NCBI GenBank assembly: GCA_951406725.2
Contig: OX597818.1
Span: 110,546,001-110,610,000 of the forward strand
Origin: Octopus vulgaris
Taxonomy: Eukaryota
DNA length: 64,000 nt
Direction: 5' to 3'
Part shown: positions 51,945 through 64,000 of the stretch, in pieces
How the letters are laid out: each line of letters opens with the position of its first letter
Numbering within the stretch: the stretch's first letter is position 1
The notes under the pieces: generated by a model
Database searches by the model: none
Told to the model about the DNA's origin: nothing
The model's input: the letters and a program-made list of their open reading frames with translations, nothing else
Program-made: the position numbers and the translations under genes

Positions 51945-52570
51945 TGTGAATATATGGGTACAAGACATCACCAACGGTTCAAACATGAAATACGTAAACA
52001 AACGGATTAAATACATAAACAACGAGAAAAAAAAGGAGAATAGGACAAGTAAAAACAGTGAAAAACAGTTGTTGGCTGACTATCTACTCCTCATTTCGAG
52101 CATTCAACGACAATATTGGGCTTCAAAGACAGATGCTCCCATAAATTCTAAAAACAATTTGGGATTTCTAGAAGGTCAAAGATGGGAACAAAAACAGGAC
52201 AGTTGAGACATACAAGGAAACCGAACGAAAATAAACATGGAGGGTCGCTAGACCAGAACGAGAGGAAAACAGTTTATCTTCGTTCGGTTTCCTTGTATGT
52301 CTCCACTGTCTTGTTTTTGCTCCCAGCTTTGACCCTCCATAAATCCTAAATTTTATTTTAGAATTTGTGGGAGTAACTGTCTTTGAAGACTCATATTGTC
52401 GTTGAATAAGCGAAATGAGGAGCAGATAGACAGCCGACAACTGATGAAGGGTCCTTTCTCTGTGTTTGCTTGTCTTGTTTTCCATTTTTACTCGTTGTTT
52501 ATGTATTTAACCCATTTGTTCAGGTATTTCATGTTTGAAACGTTGGTGACGTCCTGTGCCCATATAGCAT
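51945..52570. mobile_element. Inverted pair of the 2869-4430 element family
   Basis: 51950-52230 is an imperfect reverse complement of 52280-52565. It shares atgggtacaagaca/gtcctgtgcccat with the 3005/4330 copies and is flanked by microsatellites. Confidence 0.75.
52390..52452 (+). ncRNA. Putative non-circularly permuted hammerhead ribozyme
   Basis: ctcATA ttgtcg ttg aataagc GAAATgag ... cgacaa CTGATGA agggt. Stem III ctcat/atgag and stem I ttgtcg/cgacaa are both perfect. Confidence 0.62.
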
Positions 52571-52664
52571 GTATATATATATATATATATATTATTTACT
52601 ATTTATTATTTAATTGAACGCCACAATTCCATTTCCGAGTAAGTTTATATATATAAATATACAG

Positions 52665-52725
<61 letters not shown>

Positions 52726-53924
52726 TGAGTACGGCAAGAGATAATATTTGCCTCTTTTATGGAGACAAAAGTTTATAAGACTGCAAACATGCTTTAGAAT
52801 TTTTAGATAAAAAGGTGGAGAGTAAATAAGATAGATGATAGCTGCTACGTGAATTTTGGTTTTATCAAGAAAGTGTCCAAGTAGACATTACAAAATAATT
52901 GATTCATAGGAAAAGTAAAATCATGTATAACTGATGTTTTTTTTTTATAACCTGCTCCCCGGTGGTTTGTATTTTTTAATAAATGAACTTTCCTTCTTAA
53001 TTCTTGATTGGTCTGAAGTATTGTCTGCACATTAATAGAATGGTAAGATAAGAAATTTGGAAGATTTGGTTTTCGTGCGTTTGTCCAAATGTTCAAACTA
53101 AGTGGAATCTGTGTTGTGAAATATGTAGCGCTTGTGACATATGTAAAAAATAAAATATCTTCAGAACTGCACGAAACGAAATCACCACAAAAATTACTAC
53201 AATAAGGACAGATGTGCCTATCGCAGTTAATGCGACTTCTCAATATCCCAATGGCGTGTCACTTCCGAAAAGAGACCGAATCAGTCAGTCTGAAATATAT
53301 AGAGACTGTGTATAAAGAAAATACACGGATTGCAATGTTGGCTGAAAATGCTCCGAAAAATGCAATAGAAGCGACTCTGAAGTAAAATTATGTCTATATG
53401 ACTTACTTAATGTACCGTGTATCGTTGAAAAGCTAGAAGCTGCAGTTTTCTCTGAGAAAAAGTCTTATAAACCTGTTGTGTTTAAAAACACAATAAAGTT
53501 CGGAGTTAGACGAGACAAGTCAGCTGAGATATTTAGATATTAATTCATCAATCATAGATCTTTTCATCAAACATACAAGTAACAAAATACTATAAATCTG
53601 AATAAAGAAAATATCTCAAATATCTAAAACACTAAATATTATTTACTCACATTGGAATAAAGTGGGAAGTAGGATATCTTTTGAATCGTCTCAATATATT
53701 ACTGGTATTAATTTTATAGATCTAAGGAGAATAACATACGAAAATGATCTGCGGCGGGATTAAAGCTCATATCGTAAAGTGGTGGACCTAAATACCACAA
53801 GTAACATACTGTCTATGCCATTGCCCTGGCTTTGTCTTAACAAGTATTAAAAATGAATTATTTATACTGGCTTCTTTCATAAAATAACTATAAGCTTTAC
53901 ATAAAAACACTCTAACAATTACGT

Positions 53925-54133
53925 ATTTTTCTACAACTGGCATAAGACCTGTAAGTTTGGAGAAGGAGGCTAAGTCGATTACATGGCTCCAGTGCCCAAG
54001 TGCTACTTATTTTATCGACCCCGAAAGGATGAAAGGCAAAGTCAGCCTAGTAGAATTTGAGCGCAGAACGTGAAGACGGAGGAATGCTGGCAAACATTTC
54101 GCTCAGCGTTCTAACAATTCTGCCAGAACGCCG
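53925..54133 (-). mobile_element. SINE family B (diverged)
   Basis: atcgaccccgaaaggatgaaaggcaaagtc. Confidence 0.8.
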
Positions 54134-54828
54134 TATTAATCATATGTAATTAACCAGATAAAACAGAGAAAAAACAACGTGAGGACGTGGTATATGTAAA
54201 GTATTAATAAGACGCTTAGAGAAGGAAAGAGTGGTTGTTTTATATTTCGAGCAAAGCTCTTGTTCGGAAACAGGAAACATAAGAAAGTCCAAAAGGAAAG
54301 GAAGGAGGAGGGAAAATATCGCCAACAGTCCACGTATAGTCACATTTTGGAATGACCGGAAGTAGATGGACAAAGAGAAAGTGCTTTCTAGGACAGGAGA
54401 GTGTGAAGAATGGCTGATAGCTGTATGTATGGTTGGGTGTGTGTGCGTGTATGTTCGGTGGCATGTGTGTGAGTGATAGCGTGTGTGTACGGTAGCGTGT
54501 ATGTATGGCAGTAACTGAGTGTGTGTTTGTGCGTGGTGGTGATGGTGTATGTTTGTGATGCTATGTGTATAATGTAACGTGCGTGTGTCTACGTAGTAGC
54601 GCGTGTGTGTGGGGTGTGTATGGTATTAACTGTTCACATGTTTTTTTATGTGATTGGTCAGTGTGTCTGTAAATTTCGTAGTGAGAGGTCAGCAGCTATG
54701 GTGAAAAATGCATGTGTGGGTGGTTGTGTGTTTTTGAACATGTGCGTAGACAGGATGGTCAGTGGTAGCAGGAGCAGTAGAAGGGAGGAAGAGAGGGAGT
54801 CTGAAGGGTGTGTCAGTGGATAGGTGTG

Positions 54829-55007
54829 GATGCTTAGCGTATTTCGTCTGTCTCTACGTTCTGAGTTCAAATTCCGCTGAGGTCGACTTTGCCTTTCATC
54901 CTTTCGGGGTCGATAAACTAAGTACCAGTTGCGTATTGGGGTCGATCTAATCGATTGGCCTCCTCTTCCCAAAAATTTAGAGCTTTGTGCCTAGAGTATA
55001 AAAGAAT
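54829..55007 (+). mobile_element. SINE family B (head truncated)
   Basis: Family core. Confidence 0.85.
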
Positions 55008-55603
55008 ATATTGTCAGATATAAATTCGTTTTGTGACAACAATTATACGTTGCTCCATACAACTTGTGTAGTATTATGATCTATTCGACTTTAAAAGCAT
55101 CGTAAACTATGTTTAATCTTGCAAAAACTACTGCGTTGCCTGAGTAAATATTTGTTAAATAAATATGGCAAGAAATATCGTATCCTTTCCTACATGAAAA
55201 TGTTGGAAGATGTAAGTGGAAATAGAAATTTACACAATTAAACGTTCTCTCCACTAAAAATGGTGTTTATATGATGGATATATTTTGATATATATATGGA
55301 TATATATATATATATGATGGTATATTTTTAATGCGTAAAACTGCTATCACATGAATGGAAGATGTCATATCGTTAAATATAACCTAATATAAAAGGATAT
55401 TACATAACAGAACGGAATATCATTATATAAACTAATTATGTCGAGATTAATTTTGGGAGAGGTGAAAGGCGACCATATTTAAATATAAACGTTTGATGTT
55501 GCAATTTTAATATTTAATAACTTCGACAATTTGAAATTCAAATCCTGAGGTAAATTACTATAAAATTATGGTTTTTGTTTAATTATATAGGCTATTAAGT
55601 GAA

Positions 55604-55875
55604 AACGCGTAGCCCAATGGTTAGGGCGTTGCTCTCACGACCGCTAAATTATAGGTTCGATTCCTGGACCGGGCTATGCATTGTATTCTTGAGCAAAACA
55701 CTTCATTTCATGTTGCTCTAGTCCACTCAGCTGTCAATGGGCGAACCCTGCGATTAAGGGTGGGGAACGTTGGCCCGCTCACCTTGCCAGCGGTGTAGCA
55801 TCACTGGAATGCTAAAACGATGCAAAGTGCATCGTGACTAGAGATATATAACAACATCTGATAGTCTGTTGATCA
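55604..55875 (+). mobile_element. tRNA-derived SINE, family C-related head
   Basis: A box tagcccaatgg and B box ggttcgattcc, then cttgagcaaaacacttcatttca..ttgctc.agtccactcagctg. Confidence 0.7.
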
Positions 55876-56399
55876 CGTGATCTCTCGATTAAGTTATAAT
55901 AAAACTAAAATAGTAGTATGAGAGTCAGAGAGTATTCAAAATAGTGAAAGGAAGTATTTTCAGGCCGTAAAGACAGAGGTTAATGCTTGAGGAACTGGTT
56001 TGGCTCTGTAGGCCTCCTTGCGAAACGGACAATCTGTCTACAGACACAAATGAATAAATGGTTGAACGATTCTCTTCTCATCTATTGTATACGATTTTGT
56101 ATTTAGTGTATGAAAGATAAACGATGATGAAAAATTTCAGTGAATGTGAGAAATGATAACCGATTTGTGATAAAATTGTATGATTGTTAATAAATGGGAG
56201 AAGGCTCGACGAGACGTCCGGTGTCAGAGAGTATTCAAAATCTAACGCTTTGTATTAAACCTGACATTTATCGTTTCAGGATGAGAAGATTCGAGTTAAT
56301 CAACATTTTAATTACGAAGTTTAATCAGCAGAATTGAACTGGGTCTATGGCCGTTGTTAGTAAACCTTGATTTGCTAAAATTAAAGAGGTTGGTGACTG

Positions 56400-56640
56400 C
56401 AAAGAAATCATGGAGGGTTGAATTCCAGGGGAATTAGTCTATTGGCAGAAAAGTATGGAGTGTGTGATTAGTGAGGGTGGGAGAGACACTATGGGGGACA
56501 GGAAAAAAGAGGTGCGTTTGTTGGGTCGGAATGGCTAGAGTTGACACGTAATCAGCTTGCTCCGAGGAACAGAAGTTGTTATAACAGCGGTACAAAAGGT
56601 AGATTGAGGGAACAGTTGGCTGTAGGTTGCAGCGTATCAA
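56400..56640 (-). mobile_element. CR1/Jockey-group LINE 3' relic
   Basis: LLYRCYNNFCSSEQA resembles the LFYRYYxGxCSxELA RT C-terminal motif. Confidence 0.5.
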
Positions 56641-56908
56641 GAAATGACTTCACGCCATTCAGTTGTATAGTGTTTTTTTATAGATGAGATCCAGGAATCG
56701 TGTATATAGCAGCAGTCCCATTCAATCGGTTTCCAATGCAACTGACTCTATTTCCTGAAAGTTTGAAGAAATCTCTTCATGTCTTAACAAATTAAAGCAC
56801 TGCATCACATTCTTTGTATGCATACCAATCGAGGGCTCCTACATCCAACAGCTTCTAATACGACTGAAATCGTAAGCAACACCTCCTAACTTTCTTTCTG
56901 CTCCCCAT

Positions 56909-56909
<1 letters not shown>

Positions 56910-56951
<42 letters not shown>

Positions 56952-57330
56952 GTTATCTATCTGTATGTCTGTCTATCTATTTATCCATCTGTCTGTCTAT
57001 ATATTGATTTATCTATCTGTCTGTCTATCTATCTGTGTATATCTATATATCTATCTATCTGTCTGTCTATGTGCATATCAATCTATCTGTCTATCTATTT
57101 ATCAATCTATCTGTCTATCAATCTATCTGTATGTATGTCTGTATGTATGTCTATCTGTCTGTCTGTCTGTCTATCTATATGTGTATATCAATATGTCTAT
57201 CTATCTGTCTGTCTGTCTATCTATCTATGTGTATATCAATCTATCTGTCTATCTATCTATCTATTTGTCTATCTATCTATCCGTCTGTCTGTCTATCTGT
57301 CTGTTTGTCTATTTATCTATCTCATCTATC
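56910..57330. repeat. (TCTA)/(TCTG) compound microsatellite
   Basis: Tetranucleotide arrays. Confidence 0.93.
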
Positions 57331-57545
57331 TCCATCTCTCTCAGTTTCCGTTGGGATGGGGTGTTTTTTGTTTGCTTGTTTGTTATTTTTTTATTCTTAA
57401 ATACGAAGCAATGTAGATCTTTCTCTAAAACGTCAGAGCCAAAAGCGGTTTTTATCGCTACGGAACACATTCAACTTTGGTAAGCTGAGAATGCAATGAT
57501 GACAGCACGAAGAAGCCTTTCCTATAAGTTTCTGATAATAAATAT

Positions 57546-57840
57546 GGACGCTGGCTTAGCTGTGTGGTATGATGTTTCGTTCCCAACCATAAGGTTCTGG
57601 TTTCAGTCCTACTTCGCGCATGTGTGTTGTGTGTGTGTTGAGTGTATCTGTGTTTGTTACTCCCACCACCGTTTGACTACCCGTGTTGGTCTGTTTACGT
57701 CCCCGTAACTTAGCGGTTCGGCAAACGAGACCGATAGAGTAAGTGCCAGGCTTAACAAAATATAAGCACTAGTATCAATTCATTCGATTAAAAATGCCCC
57801 AGCATGGCCGCTCTCTAATGACTATGACAAGTAAAAGGGA
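57546..57840 (+). mobile_element. SINE family A (internally deleted)
   Basis: Head plus 3' half (tttacgtccccgtaacttagcggttcggc). Confidence 0.8.
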
Positions 57841-58370
57841 AAAAAATTAAAAAACAAATACTTTATTCTGAAACTAATCAGCAGCCTCGAATAAAAACGA
57901 GGTTTTTATTCCACCATCTTCCAGCAAATATGTTTTTTTCTACTCATTTACGAAGTACAACACTCTGGGTTTTGGTTATTTTGTTCTTACAACATTCAAT
58001 AAAACACAGTAAAAAGAGACACATTATTTTTCAGTGTTCCTACACAATAGTAACTACAGATCCTTCAAGATTTCGGAAATATCAAACCAACTTGGAATAG
58101 ACAAGCCGACAGCATATGAAGACATTTAAGCTGCAAAAGGAAAGTTAGCGAAAGGTCAGATTAATTTATGTACAGCAGAGGTTCTGGTTCGCATAAAAAC
58201 ATTCTCTTTAAAAACAATTATATCAAAGCAAGATTAATTTCGCTTTTGTCAAAATGCACTTTATACATACATACATACATACATACATACATACATACAT
58301 GCATACATATACACACACATACGCATACACATATGTATATACATATACATATATATATATATATACAAAC

Positions 58371-58413
<43 letters not shown>

Positions 58414-58432
58414 TACAGACAGACAGACAGAC

Positions 58433-58507
<75 letters not shown>

Positions 58508-59087
58508 CAGAGAGATATACATACATACATATATTTATATACATGCATAAATACATAACCGTACATTCGTACACAGACGTACACATATCTATATAATAAT
58601 GAAGTGATCGGTTGGTAAATAAACTCAAAATAAACCAAACGTGTGTTTAAAGAATTCTCCATTAAAAACATGGATTGATTTGTGAAAGAAAAAACAAAAG
58701 AAAAGGGAAAAATCTCACTAAAAATGAAATTTCTTTTGAAACAACATATTTCGTGTGTAAAATAAATCAACATTATACAAGCTTATATTTTTGCAACTCA
58801 CTAAAGATTTCTCATAAAGTACAGCAACTGCTCAATTTCAATGGAAAATATGTGATTGAAATCGTCTGTAATTTGGCGAGAATGATAGAGAATAATAGCG
58901 AATGGTAGAGAATGATAGCGAATGATAGTGAATGATAGAGAATGACAGAGATCTTAGTCGTTTGTACTCTTCGTAGAATATTCCTTAATCAATGTTCAAC
59001 TGACTACGTCATTCATCTCCGCTGAATCGACGATTCAAACACAATGCTTATCTACTGCTCGAAGACAGATGCTGTATCTAGTATCTT

Positions 59088-59315
59088 TAATCGTTCAGCA
59101 TTCAGATTACTCTGTCAAATGTAAAGCTTATTTATTCGCATTGTCTTGACTCCATCATGCATAATCTTGTAGCTTCGAGATTTTGATGATGTGATTGGTT
59201 TATTCCTCGTATGACACTGTAGGACCGGTGTGACAGGTTGAATCTGGTCACTTTGAACATATAGCAGGTAGAATATTTTGGCATGATATACTCGGTTTAA
59301 ATGCTAAACTGATAA
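59088..59315. mobile_element. Possible decayed MITE
   Basis: Imperfect termini taatcgttcagcattcaga / tttaaatgctaaactgataa. Confidence 0.4.
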
Positions 59316-59321
59316 GCTAAA

Positions 59322-59434
59322 GGAGTAAAGATTGTTTGCCAACATAACATGGCAGTCCTGGTTTAGGACGAATGTTGCTGTAATTTAGCCCCAGGAGACA
59401 TTGTCCTGTTATGTTGGCAAGCAATCTTTACTCC
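59322..59434. repeat. Short hairpin/MITE-like element
   Basis: ggagtaaagattgtttgccaacataaca pairs with tgttatgttggcaagcaatctttactcc (28 bp, 1 mismatch). Confidence 0.8.
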
Positions 59435-59511
59435 AAAGTACTGTTGTTGAATATCTCTCGTTGTGAGATTTAAAAATTGTAATTTTCTGATAAGCAATAG
59501 TTCTGACATAT

Positions 59512-60226
59512 TAGTTTTAAATTTTGGCACAAGGCCTGAAATTTCGGGAAAGGGGATCAGTCAATTACATCGACCCCATTACTCGACTGGTACTTCATTT
59601 CATTGACTTCGAAAGGATGAAACGCAAAGTTGATCTCGGCAGGGAATTTGAACTCAGAATATAAAGTCGAACTAAATTCTGCTTAGCATTTTGTCCGGCT
59701 TGCTAAAGATTCCGTCAGTTCGCTCCCTTCAGTTGTTCTGAGGTATGAGACACCAAACATTTCGAGAAGATTTGCGAAATAATATAGATTCAAGATGTTA
59801 GAGGTGCTTTATTAGAAAGTTGTTTGTATCAAAGTTTAGAAATAAATAACCTTTCTACCGGAAGCACAGGTCCTCAAATTTGGGGGAAGTGATTAAGTCG
59901 ATTGCACCGACTGATACTAATCTTATCGATCCCGAGAGGATGAAAGGCAAAGTCGACTTCAGCGGAATTTGAACACAGAACGTAGCGGCATCATTTCGTT
60001 CGGCGTGCTAGCGATTCTTTTCTAATCTAGGCACAAAGGCCGAAATTTTGGGGGAGGGGTCAGTCGATTAGATCGACCCAGTACGCAACTGGTACTTAAT
60101 TTATCGACCTCGAAACGATGAAAGATAAAGTCGACCTCGTCGGAATTTGAACTCTGGACATAAAGACAGACGAAATATCGTTAAGCATTTCGCCCGGCTT
60201 GCTAACGATTCTGCCAGCTCACCGCC
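59512..60226 (-). mobile_element. Cluster of SINE family B copies (59512-59727; 59851-60226)
   Basis: Three B cores, the first separated from the other two by a duplicated about 123-bp flank. Confidence 0.82.
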
Positions 60227-60559
60227 TTCAATTGTTCTGACATATGAGATACCAAGCATCTCGGGAAGATATGCGAAATAATATAGATTCATGAGGTTGG
60301 AGCTACTTTATCATCAGAAAGTCGTTTGTATCAAGGTTTAGAAATAAATAACAATGATATTCGGTAAAGCTCCAGTCAAGAGACTGAAAAACGAACAGAA
60401 ACAGAATTCGAATCGTTCTTTCATAAATTGTTTTATTTCATTTTCTTAGATAGAAGCAGATTGAGTTATGAATGTCGTGAGTATTTATGCTTGCGTCCAT
60501 TCGGTTTTGTTTATGCCCCTGTATATACACACAAAATGCATTCTTTTTTCCATCCTTTG

Positions 60560-62093
60560 TATATTCGACTTGCTTCAGCTATTTGACTGCAGCCATGCTA
60601 GAGCACTGCATTGAAGAATTTAGGTCGAACAAACCTCCCTTAGTATTTATCTTTTTTAAACCTTCTATCAGTCACTTTGCCGATCTGCTAAGTATGGGGA
60701 CATAAACACCCCAACACCAGTTGTCAAGCAGGGGCGGGGAACACACACACACGCGCGCGCACGCACACAAACACACACGTGCACGCACACAAACACACAC
60801 ACACACACACACACACAAACACGCATACACTCAAACACACATGCATACATATATATAAATACATCTGAAGGGTGCGTAAGATATTTGAGGACAGATTTAT
60901 GTTTATAAAAAAAAATCAGATATATAATAACAGACAAAAACCTTTTAAAAAGTGCTATGAGGATAACAATAAACATTTTCTATAATGTTATTCAATAACG
61001 CTACCTTCAGGTTCAACAACGGCTTCTATCTGGAGAATTAGGAGGCCAAATGTTATGGGTTATGTGATCATGAAAATTTTCAGCCATCTACTCTTGTGTT
61101 ACTAGAGCCATGTGTGATAGTGTAGAGTCTTACTGAAACACATATGGCCTTCCACTGCATATACTCTCTATTCAGGGCTTAACAATTGTTCCAGGACCTC
61201 AATGTAGGCGGCAGAGTTAACTCTAAGGCCTTGTGGAAAGAGTTAAGGAGGCATCACATGTCCTTCGTTGCTAACAAACCCTAAGAGCATGACAGTTTCA
61301 GGAAATTTTGTACTCATTTCTTGTTAACTTTTTGATCTTAGTCGAAGTTTTTCTCGTTTGAGAAAAACCAAATCAAATATTCTTCTGTTGGAATTTTCAG
61401 TTTAAGAACCTTTTAGATCTGATGTAGTGATTTTCGTTTGCTTTTTCTGACAAGTTGACCTTTCCTCATCATATAAGACTTATATCTAATGTCTTCGTGT
61501 ACAACATTTCTGACCGTTCCTTCTCACACATGGAGATCTTTTGCAATTGACCTGATGGACTGTCTGAGATTGTAATCAATGGTTCGTTGAACTTGCTGGA
61601 TAAATTCAAGTGTTTTGATGATTTCAGAGCATTTAGAATGCTTTTTATGCTTTGATACTGCTGATATATTTCCATCTTCAATCTCTAACTCCTTACAAAC
61701 TCTGTAGATAAAAGATCTGGCAACTTTTAAAAATCAAGATGTTTCTAAATCGCTATGTTCGGCCTTTATAACCACAATAACAGCATGCCTCTTCATTTCT
61801 TAAGTAAGCTGAGGGTCTGCCATTATTATTTTCTGAAACAAAGATTATACAGAGTTAGCAAAAAATGCAGCAATGATCAAAAAAAAGGTGTGTCCTCAAA
61901 TACTTTACGCACCCTGTATATACGTCGGGATTCTTTCAGTTTCCGTCTACCAAATCCACTCCGAAGGCTCAAAGCTTTGGCTGACCATAGGTTATGGTAG
62001 AAGACACTTGCCCAAGGTGTCACGCAGTGGAACTGAACCCGGAACCATGTGGTTGGGAAGCAAGCTTCCTTACTACACAGTCGCGCCTGCGCC
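60560..62093 (-). mobile_element. SINE family A split by a DNA transposon
   Basis: 3' half at 60560-60745 and 5' half at 61920-62093. Confidence 0.8.
60868..61916 (-). mobile_element. Degenerate maT/DD37D-like Tc1/mariner transposon
   Basis: TIRs agggtgcgtaagatatttgaggaca / tgtcctcaaatactttacgcaccctg(ta). Minus strand YVFQ*DSTLSH..VTQE*MAENFHDHITHNIWPPNSPD; spacing is consistent with D37D. Confidence 0.8.
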
Positions 62094-62957
62094 TATTTAT
62101 GTTGAAATTATTTCTACTTTACATGGATTTTTACAACTAAGGGAAGGAAAATATAGTTGAAGAGGAGAAAGAGAAGGATGGTGGAAGAATAGCTGAAAGA
62201 GAAAGAGTAAGAGAAAGTATGGGGGTGGAGATAATACATAAAAAGACAAGGATTGTGTCTTGAACAAGGAAAGAGAATTTGGAAGAAAGTTTTAGGAGGC
62301 GATTGTTGCTGTGTTCACCAGCATTGAGTAGACAAATGGGAAACTGAATGCTTGTTATTTAATGATCACACACGGATCGCAAAACGAAAATAAAATAAAT
62401 TTTATTTTATTGTATTTTATTTTATTTTATTAATTCTGATTTATGAATTCGTAAATATCATTGAAATAAGATGGGAGGTAATGAAAAGGAAAGGGTAAAT
62501 AAGTATTAACATATTTGAAAAATTTCTGCTATCGTCTGCCAAGAAATTGAAAGAAACCAAATCACGTGGTCATCCATGGTTGAGTATGGCTGTGTTGGTT
62601 ATTATGTTGCTATGGGTTACCGGTTTTAGGCAAACAAACCATATCTCCTGCTGTGTGAGCTAATTGAAAATAAAATAAAAACAAGTATATGAATAAAATT
62701 GATAAAAAAATGTTCTTAACAATGTTATAAACAACGTCCACATATTGGAGATTATCGCTCTTAAACAAACATTATATCAGAACCACCATAAAAACAGAAA
62801 AAGAAAACAACTAAAGCATAATTTCAAAATATATTTTAAAAGAAAAGATATGAAGGAAGTCCGTTGAGAGTAAAAGGAAAGAAATAAGATGCCAAAGAAA
62901 AAGGAAAAACAATAGCGAAATGAAAATAACGAAAATAGAAGGTGTGGGTGAGATGTT

Positions 62958-63009
<52 letters not shown>

Positions 63010-63206
63010 TCGGGGTGTTCAGAAATAGGAGGGAAAGAAAACTGCGGTTAGAGGGAACAGAGCGAATCCAAATATATTTGTGGGAACGGAGGGTTTGGAG
63101 AAGAGTAAATATTGAAGAGCGAAAGCTGAGAAACAGGAAGAGAATTATACGCCTGTGCGCGTGTATGTGTTTGTTTGTGTGTGATTGTGTGTGTATGTAT
63201 ATGTGT

Positions 63207-63560
63207 GGAGGCGCAAAAGCTCAGTGGTTAGGGCAGCGGACTCGCGGTTTCGACTCACACACCGGACGTTGTGAGTGTTTATTGAGTAAAAACACCTAAA
63301 GCCCCACGAGGCTCCGGCAGTGGGTGGAGGCAAACCCTGCAGTTCTCTTTCACCACAATTTTCTCTCCCTCTTTCTTCTTGCTTCTGTTGAATCTGTTTT
63401 TCAAAGGGGCCAGTCTTGTTACAGTCTGTGTCACGCTGAATCTCATCGATAACTACGTCAAGGGTACACGTGTCTGTGGGGTGCACGTTAATTTCACGAG
63501 CAGGCTGTTCCGTTGATCGGATCAAGTGGAACCCTCGTCGTCGTAACCGATGGAGTGCCA
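63207..63560 (+). mobile_element. SINE family C
   Basis: tRNA-like head (agctcagtggttagggcagcggactc, ggtttcgactc) and core gcacgttaatttcacgagcaggctgttcc. Confidence 0.85.
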
Positions 63561-63597
63561 CGACGATGTACGTGTGTATGTGTATGTGTGTTTGTGT

Positions 63598-63638
<41 letters not shown>

Positions 63639-63861
63639 GTGTATGTGTTATTTGTGTGTGAGGGTAGTGTGTGCGTGTTTGTTTGTCTGTGAGTGTGTGT
63701 GTGAGTGTGATTTTGTGGGTGTGCGTGTGTTTGTTTGTTTGTGTGCGTGTATGTGTGTGTATGTGTGTGCGTGAATGTGCGTGTTTATGTGCGTATATAT
63801 GTGTGAGCGTGCATGTGTTTGTGCGTGAGTGTATGTGTGAGTTTGTGTGTGAGTGAGTGTA

Positions 63862-63915
<54 letters not shown>

Positions 63916-64000
63916 TGTGTGTGTGTGATGCAGCACGGAATTTTGTCCGTGAGGTCGCTGTCCCAAAGCGACGAAAATATTTTGACACAAATTAAATTTA

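Overview
AT-rich, microsatellite-dense eukaryotic non-coding DNA. The SINE families and simple-repeat load suggest an Octopus (cephalopod) genome; this is inferred from recognising the repeats, not from a database search. I found no convincing host protein-coding exon, rRNA, tRNA gene or CRISPR array, and almost all listed ORFs are microsatellite or SINE artefacts. The real coding remnants are all transposon-derived: a Helitron PIF1-like helicase (274-1715, minus), RTE-clade LINE fragments (one 5'-inverted), an R4/Dong-like LINE fragment, a CR1/Jockey-like fragment and several Tc1/mariner relics (rosa/DD41D-like, maT/DD37D-like, mariner, Tc1). About 40 copies of three tRNA-derived SINE families are present. 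The most striking signal is RNA-structural. A family of non-coding, Penelope/retrozyme-like elements, often arranged as inverted pairs, carries a hammerhead-ribozyme core whose three strands occur in a non-circularly permuted order (NUH-stem I, then stem II-GAAA-stem III, then stem I-CUGANGA-stem II). Compensatory base changes support this across three diverged subfamilies (about 3136, 4147, 9231 and 52390). There are also two canonical minimal type I hammerheads (4814, and 14837 with its mirror at 13757) and several fold-back palindromes. Repeat boundaries were read by eye and are approximate.
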